Shown one piece after another: positions 59,710 to 64,000 of a stretch of DNA of 64,000 nucleotides. The stretch is from Candidatus Omnitrophota bacterium. Lineage in GTDB: Bacteria; Omnitrophota; Gorgyraeia; Gorgyraeales; Gorgyraeaceae. A program made the translations under genes and the position numbers. The stretch is from contig JBDRBM010000042.1 of the NCBI GenBank assembly GCA_043822665.1, forward strand, positions 3,453 to 67,452, written 5' to 3'. Position 1 is the first letter of the stretch. Every line of letters starts with the position of its first letter. The notes below the pieces were generated by a model. The model saw only the letters and a list, made by a program, of their open reading frames with translations, was not told the DNA's origin and searched no databases.

Positions 59710-60651
59710 ATGATACGGAACTTTTTTAAAAGAAGCGCGTTTATTATTATTATATTCTGTATATCCGGGCTTATCTTCCTGGGTTACAGGTCCCTTATCG
59801 GAAATATAAAGTCGCGGCTTTTAGAATTATCAAAAAAGGCTTTTAACTCTGACATCTCGGTAGGTCAGGCGCGTCTGAGATTTCCTGTATGTCTGGAATT
59901 AAAGGACATAAAGATAGATGACGCGATTAGTATTTCAAGCGTTCGCATCTATCCCAGCCCAACCTCTTTTTTTATAAAAAATAAGCTGATAATCTCGAAA
60001 ATCAGCGTAACTGACCCCTTTATCAGCATAAAAAAAGAGGATGCCAAAAAATGGGGAACGCCTGAATTTTTATCCGTAAACAAAGAGCGCGTAAAACAAG
60101 GCCCTTTAGTGCCTGATTTCCTGCTTTCAAAGATATACATACATAACGGCGTGGTTTCGTATGATAAAGGCGGTAATAGCGAACTTGAGTTTGTTGATAT
60201 TAACGGGGAAATCGAAACCCCAGGCCTTTATTCCTCGAAAGACAGGGTCTTTGATTTCTTTTTATTGGGATTTCTAAAAAACAGGGAAACTGATTTTCTG
60301 TCACCCTTGAAGTTAAGCGGCCGAGCCGGGCCAGACAGCATGATAAAAGCCAACCTGCGGATAGATGATATAAAAATAAAGACGCTCGGCATGGTGCATG
60401 ACAAATATCTTAGTCGCGTAATGAGAGAAGGCCGGCTTGACCTCAATAGCGTCATAGAGTTGTCGGAATCCAATCTTCTGGCGAGGTGTTTACTGGAAGC
60501 CGAGGACGTAGTCCTGAAAAATGATAGCGACAGGAAAACAGAACCTCCTTTCCTGGCAAGTTTTATTTTATTATTTAATTTCAAGAATAAACTGGTCAAG
60601 CTGAAAAGTATTCAGGGTAATTTATTTAAGCTTATATTGAACCGTTCTTAA
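59710..60651 (+). CDS. hypothetical membrane-anchored protein (313 aa), possibly AsmA/DUF748-like
   Basis: An N-terminal anchor (RSAFIIIIFCISGLIFLGY) is followed by a beta-rich body. The similarity to AsmA-like N-termini is only an impression. Confidence 0.45.
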   Translation: MIRNFFKRSAFIIIIFCISGLIFLGYRSLIGNIKSRLLELSKKAFNSDISVGQARLRFPVCLELKDIKIDDAISISSVRIYPSPTSFFIKNKLIISKISVTDPFISIKKEDAKKWGTPEFLSVNKERVKQGPLVPDFLLSKIYIHNGVVSYDKGGNSELEFVDINGEIETPGLYSSKDRVFDFFLLGFLKNRETDFLSPLKLSGRAGPDSMIKANLRIDDIKIKTLGMVHDKYLSRVMREGRLDLNSVIELSESNLLARCLLEAEDVVLKNDSDRKTEPPFLASFILLFNFKNKLVKLKSIQGNLFKLILNRS

Positions 60652-60659
60652 TATTTCAC

Positions 60660-60700
60660 GGTGGATGTAGCTCAGTCTGGATAGAGCACTAGATTGTGAA
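60660..60700 (+). pseudogene. 5' fragment of a canonical tRNA-His(GUG) gene (positions -1 to 38)
   Basis: G(-1)-GTGGATG-TA-GCTC-AGTCTGGATA-GAGC-A-CTAGA-TTGTGAA. The expected TCTAG 3' anticodon-stem strand is then replaced by CCAACTCATCG. Confidence 0.8.
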
Positions 60701-60782
60701 CCAACTCATCGATTTGACAGAAATTTAGAATGGCTTTGCGGAGATTGTCATTGCATTGTCCATATAATTTAATTGGTTTTAC

Positions 60783-60857
60783 GGTAGCTATAGTGTAATG
60801 GCAGCACGAGAGATTGTGGATCTCTTAGAGCGGGTTCAAATCCCGTTAGCTACCCCA
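60783..60857 (+). tRNA. tRNA-His (anticodon GUG), intact, divergent type, with encoded G-1, C73 and CCA
   Basis: G(-1)-GTAGCTA-TA-GTGT-AATGGCA-GCAC-G-AGAGA-TTGTGGA-TCTCT-TAGA-GCGGG-TTCAAAT-CCCGT-TAGCTAC-C-CCA. A TATAAT box lies at 60763-60768. Confidence 0.88.
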
Positions 60858-60970
60858 TCCGCTTTCGTGTATAGGGCGAATCAGAGAAGATAGCCTTCGG
60901 CGGATGGTCCGCCGTACGCTAACTTCTTTGTTACGGTCCAATACAGGGAGGCGGGCCAGTATCTTTAGTC

Positions 60971-61216
60971 ATGCATTATGTTTATATATTGAGAAGCAGG
61001 AAATATCCAAGCAGGTTCTATATAGGTTCGACGACAAATCTCGAAAAACGCTTAAAAGACCATTCCAACTCTCCAAAAGACAGTTATACACATAGATATT
61101 CTCCTTGGGATTTAGAGACGTATATTGTATTCAAAGGTAAATTTTCAGCGCAACGTTTCGAATCTTACCTTAAAACCAGCTCCGGAAGGACCTTCATAAA
61201 AAGGCACTTGATATAG
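60971..61216 (+). CDS. stand-alone GIY-YIG nuclease-family protein (81 aa, YhbQ/URI-domain type)
   Basis: The N-terminus is HYVYILRSRKYPSRFYIGSTTNLEKRLKDH (the GIY..YIG motifs), and the C-terminus is AQRFESYLKTSSGRTFIKRHL, typical of the short family. Confidence 0.8.
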   Translation: MHYVYILRSRKYPSRFYIGSTTNLEKRLKDHSNSPKDSYTHRYSPWDLETYIVFKGKFSAQRFESYLKTSSGRTFIKRHLI

Positions 61217-61217
61217 C

Positions 61218-61246
61218 CGCAATTCCTATCTAAATCGATCCTATTA
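61218..61246 (+). repeat. direct repeat DR1 bounding the accessory cassette
   Basis: CGCAATTCCTATCTAAATCGATCCTATTA is identical at 28 of 29 positions to 62633-62661. Confidence 0.9.
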
Positions 61247-61269
61247 AATGAGTCTTATTAAATGGATAA

Positions 61270-61371
61270 TTACCAAACATTATAGCCATTTTTGACATAT
61301 TCGCTTGGTAATTAAGGCTTGACAATTGTTACCAAACATGGCATACTATTCTTAGATATTTGTTTGGTAAC
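61270..61371 (+). promoter_or_regulatory. promoter with four TTACCAA(ACA) operator half-sites
   Basis: TTGACA (61319-61324), 17 nt, then CATACT (61342-61347). GTTACCAAACA at 61328-61338 is the exact inverse of TGTTTGGTAAC at 61361-61371. A second pair lies at 61270-61279 and 61305-61311. Confidence 0.6.
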
Positions 61372-61386
61372 AATGCGAGGTTTGAT

Positions 61387-61704
61387 ATGGGTGTAATAAA
61401 GGATCTATTAAGAGAAGAGCTTGAGAATTCCAAAAGATTAAGAGTAGATTATAAAGAAGAACTTAAAAAACATCGGGGCGGTAGCATTGTAGTAAAGGAA
61501 ATAAGAGGGCATAACTACTATTATTTAGCCTATAGGGATGCTAAGAAGGTAAGGTTTATTTATAAGGGCAAAAGGATATCCAAAGATGATATTGAAAAGC
61601 TGAAAGAACTAAGGCGGCTTAGAGCCAAATATAAGAAATTGATCCAAAAATTAGACAAACGAATTAAATATTTAAAGAAGGCATTGCATGGAAAAGAAGA
61701 TTAA
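61387..61704 (+). CDS. hypothetical small coiled-coil protein (105 aa), putative antitoxin/regulator partner
   Basis: ATG 61387 is preceded by GAGG. The central beta-like segment GGSIVVKEIRGHNYYYLAYRDAKKVRFIYKGK is followed by a Lys/Arg-rich helix. It overlaps the next gene by 17 nt. Confidence 0.5.
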   Translation: MGVIKDLLREELENSKRLRVDYKEELKKHRGGSIVVKEIRGHNYYYLAYRDAKKVRFIYKGKRISKDDIEKLKELRRLRAKYKKLIQKLDKRIKYLKKALHGKED

Positions 61705-62371
61705 TAGCTTATGCTTAGAGGTCTTAAATAGACTCGATAAGGCAGGTGTACTAAAAGACCTTATCGTAATAGGCAGTTGGAGTATCTATTTTTATAAATA
61801 TTATTTTAAATCCAAGGGTTACTCTACTTTTATCCGAACTAAGGATATTGATTTTTTAGTTCCAATCCCTCCGAAATTTAAAAAAGAAGTAGATGTTTTC
61901 AATCTCGTCAAGGATCTGGGTTTTCTTGAAAAATACAGAGGTTCGAAAGGGTATATAAAATTGGAGCATCCGGATCTTTCTATAGAATTTCTTGTTCCGG
62001 AAAGAGGCCGCGGCGAGGATAAGCCTTATTCGATACCACAGTTGTCGATTAATGCACAACCGTTGAGATTTTTAGATTTTCTTATTGAGAATACGATTTC
62101 TATAAATACCGAGGGGTTACATATAAAACTTCCGCATCCAGCAGCATATGCATTGCATAAATTTATTATTTTTAAACGCAGGAGCAAAAAGGATAAGCAC
62201 GATAGGGATATAGAAGGGGCATTAAGGGTATTTAATGAGTTAATCCGTCACAAGAAGCACAGCGAAATAAGGTATATCTTTAAAAGAATGCACAAAAAAT
62301 GGCAGAAAAAGATATTGGATAATCTTAAATCCATAGAAGAACCGGAAATAGCTAAAATTTTGATAGAATAG
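61688..62371 (+). CDS. nucleotidyltransferase-fold protein (227 aa), AbiEii/MenT-like putative toxin
   Basis: A minimal pol-beta NTase signature is present (VIGSWS...TKDIDFLVP), plus a later K/R..D..D helix (HKFIIFKRRSKKDKHDRDIEGA). The family assignment is by pattern only. Confidence 0.45.
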   Translation: MEKKINSLCLEVLNRLDKAGVLKDLIVIGSWSIYFYKYYFKSKGYSTFIRTKDIDFLVPIPPKFKKEVDVFNLVKDLGFLEKYRGSKGYIKLEHPDLSIEFLVPERGRGEDKPYSIPQLSINAQPLRFLDFLIENTISINTEGLHIKLPHPAAYALHKFIIFKRRSKKDKHDRDIEGALRVFNELIRHKKHSEIRYIFKRMHKKWQKKILDNLKSIEEPEIAKILIE

Positions 62372-62430
62372 AGTAACGGATTAAGTATAATTAAGTTTAA
62401 AGCGCTAAAAGGAAGAGGGGTTAAGTTTAT

Positions 62431-62455
62431 GGTTCAAATCCCGTCATCCACCCCA
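62431..62455 (+). pseudogene. 3' fragment of the canonical tRNA-His gene (T loop to CCA)
   Basis: GG-TTCAAAT-CCCGT-CATCCAC-C-CCA. CATCCAC is the exact complement of the GTGGATG acceptor strand at 60661-60667. Confidence 0.8.
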
Positions 62456-62632
62456 AATTTCCTATCTATAACAGATAGGAAATTTGGTCCTGAGCGACCG
62501 AAGGGAGTCGAAGGGCCAGATTCCTATCTGTCGATGTTTCAAAGAGTTAGGGCGTTGGTTTTGTCGTTTCTTTTCAATGTGTTGTGAGCCATTTCCTACC
62601 CAGATCTATCTCCCCAATAATAGCCAAAAAGT

Positions 62633-62661
62633 CGCAGTTCCTATCTAAATCGATCCTATTA
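62633..62661 (+). repeat. direct repeat DR2 bounding the accessory cassette
   Basis: CGCAGTTCCTATCTAAATCGATCCTATTA matches DR1 at 28 of 29 positions. It is followed by a tandem ACTTGACGAT x2. Confidence 0.9.
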
Positions 62662-62685
62662 CTTGACGATACTTGACGATTATGT

Positions 62686-62713
62686 TTGACAAAGCCTAAG
62701 AAAGGGGTATAAT
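62686..62713 (+). promoter_or_regulatory. near-consensus sigma70-type promoter
   Basis: TTGACA (62686-62691), a 16-nt spacer, then TATAAT (62708-62713). Confidence 0.65.
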
Positions 62714-62751
62714 AAAAATATTATCGCTATATAAAAGATTAGAAAATCTTG

Positions 62752-62789
62752 AACCGCTAGGGAAGATGGCTAACCTTTGCGGTTTTTTT
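62752..62789 (+). terminator. intrinsic terminator about 40-80 nt downstream of the promoter
   Basis: AACCGC-T-AGGG...CCTT-T-GCGGTT stem followed by a T7 run (62783-62789). Confidence 0.6.
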
Positions 62790-63024
62790 ATGCTTCGACA
62801 GAGCTCAGCATAAACCCTGAGCAAGCAGAATGCGCCAAAGGGTTTATTTAATATTTTTGAACATAAGGAGGGGTTATCAAAAAGATAAGGATTTCATCCA
62901 AGGGAAGGAAATGCAAATCTCCGAACTGCAGGCAGATCTTGAGTATATATAATCATGGGTCCTTTTGTTTTGTTCATTTGAGGCAGCCTGATTACAGCCT
63001 GAACCCCAAGGGAGATAAAGTGTT

Positions 63025-64000
63025 ATGTTAGAAAAAGTAAACAACGCGGATAATTTTAATCATGGGACTGACCAGTCTAGCCAGGGTTTTTACGGGTTGG
63101 GCATAGCGCCAAAGATTCTTGATATACTTGAACGCATAAAATTCAAGGTACCCACTCCTATTCAGATAAAGGCTGTTCCTCTGGGTATCCAGGGTAAGGA
63201 TATTATAGGCATTGCTCAGACAGGAACAGGAAAAACCCATTCTTTCGTGATTCCCATGATTCAACGTTTAGCACAGAAAAAAGGCACGGGCCTGGTCCTT
63301 GCTCCTACACGGGAATTAGCCATTCAGATTGACGAGGCTTTTCAGGCAATTGCGCGGCCGTTCGGGATACGGACAGCCTGTCTTATCGGAGGCGCTCCTA
63401 TGCAGCCTCAGTTGCAGGCGCTTCGTAAATCCCCTAGGGTAGTAGTAGCGACTCCCGGAAGGCTTATTGACCATATGAAGAGATGGAATGTTATAGTGGA
63501 AGAAGTGATAATGCTGGTTCTTGATGAGGCTGACCGCATGCTAGATATGGGATTTCAGCCGCAGATAGAACAGATCCTGCGCTTATTGCCGAAAGAAAGA
63601 CAGACCATGCTTTTTTCCGCAACCATCCCAGACGAGATCATGCGGATAACATCCAGGTACATGAAGCTTCCTGTTTGTGTTGAGGTTGCGCCTTCAGGAA
63701 CCGCCGCGGAAAAAGTTACCCATGAATTATTTATCGTCAAGAAAGACGCCAAACTGCATCTTCTCAGAAAATTACTCGCGCAATATAAGGGCCCCATACT
63801 TTTATTTTCCCGTACAAAGCATAACGCGAAAAGGATTGTGAGGGAGATCAGAAATATGAAGCACGCCGCGGCAGAGATACATTCCAACCGTTCTCTTGGC
63901 CAGCGCCGCGAAGCGCTCGAAGGTTTTAAGTCCGGCAGATACAGGGTGCTTGTTGCTACGGATATAGCCTCCAGGGGCATCGATGTTAGCGGAATCGAGC
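63025..64000 (+). CDS. DEAD-box ATP-dependent RNA helicase (3' end beyond the window)
   Basis: This ORF is not in the ORF track because it has no stop inside the window. My translation from ATG 63025 gives a Q motif (PTPIQ), AQTGTGKT, PTRELA, DEAD (VLDEADRML), SAT and VATDIASRGID. Confidence 0.9.
   Translation, partial: MLEKVNNADNFNHGTDQSSQGFYGLGIAPKILDILERIKFKVPTPIQIKAVPLGIQGKDIIGIAQTGTGKTHSFVIPMIQRLAQKKGTGLVLAPTRELAIQIDEAFQAIARPFGIRTACLIGGAPMQPQLQALRKSPRVVVATPGRLIDHMKRWNVIVEEVIMLVLDEADRMLDMGFQPQIEQILRLLPKERQTMLFSATIPDEIMRITSRYMKLPVCVEVAPSGTAAEKVTHELFIVKKDAKLHLLRKLLAQYKGPILLFSRTKHNAKRIVREIRNMKHAAAEIHSNRSLGQRREALEGFKSGRYRVLVATDIASRGIDVSGIE

Noticed and set aside
60904-61095. 63-aa ORF overlapping the GIY-YIG gene start.
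   Set aside because: It is in a different frame from the well-supported GIY-YIG ORF, starts inside the structured spacer, and its Arg/Ser-rich product has no recognisable features.
60660-62455. I considered whether the two tRNA-His pieces are a trans-spliced split tRNA (Nanoarchaeum-style) or a tRNA interrupted by a group I intron carrying a GIY-YIG homing endonuclease.
   Set aside because: The pieces do not add up to a tRNA. Positions 39-51 (the 3' anticodon-stem strand, variable loop and 5' T-stem strand) are missing on both sides. The sequence after the 5' piece (CCAACTCATCG) has no complement ahead of the 3' piece. The gap contains a complete independent tRNA and a separate promoter-driven operon, which does not fit an intron. 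I also could not identify group I P/Q/R/S-type core elements by eye.
62921-62962. 13-codon upstream ORF (MQISELQADLEYI) in the helicase leader.
   Set aside because: It has a plausible GGAAGGA ribosome-binding site, but it is too short and unconstrained to call without conservation data. I mention it only as a possible leader peptide.

Overview
This window is a tightly packed, almost entirely plus-strand stretch of core genome from an AT-rich bacterium with an outer membrane. The outer-membrane evidence is Lnt, LolC/E-LolD, MlaE-F-D, a SurA/PrsA-like parvulin and a small barrel protein ending in Phe. The gene order is strikingly Firmicute-like: mcsA-mcsB-clpC ... yacL-ispD-ispF-cysS, tmk-holB-yaaT ... 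metG ... tatD, and dprA-topA-xerC. I can support about 60 housekeeping CDS from motifs in the supplied translations. They cover replication and repair, translation factors and aminoacyl-tRNA synthetases, SecA, MurJ, the ilv/leu and aro genes, isoprenoid synthesis, queC/queE, t6A synthesis, RNase PH and RdgB. There are also three intact tRNAs (Pro-UGG, Arg-UCU, His-GUG). I found no CRISPR array, transposase, integrase (other than a chromosomal-type XerC), reverse transcriptase or known multi-gene defence system. The only accessory-looking stretch is about 60.66-63.0 kb. There a canonical tRNA-His gene survives only as a 5' piece and a 3' piece 1.73 kb apart. The gap carries a second, divergent but intact tRNA-His, a stand-alone GIY-YIG nuclease, and a cassette bounded by 28/29-identical direct repeats. 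That cassette holds an overlapping two-gene module (small coiled-coil protein plus nucleotidyltransferase-fold protein) under a palindrome-guarded promoter. It is followed by TTCCTATCT iterons and a consensus promoter with terminator-like hairpins ahead of a DEAD-box helicase. The second theme is an unusually rich set of small intergenic repeats:
- a modular, nested MITE/BOX-like element (4 copies, all in the same orientation just upstream of genes);
- GTAGG..CCTAC palindromes (4 copies);
- AGC-anchored heptamer spacers placed right after stop codons;
- a 129-bp palindrome;
- short CTGAGC..GTCGAAGGG elements.
Several of these repeats create false N-terminal extensions in the ORF track, and one supplies the stop codon of aroE. 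All family names are calls from motif recognition. No database search or computation was possible.
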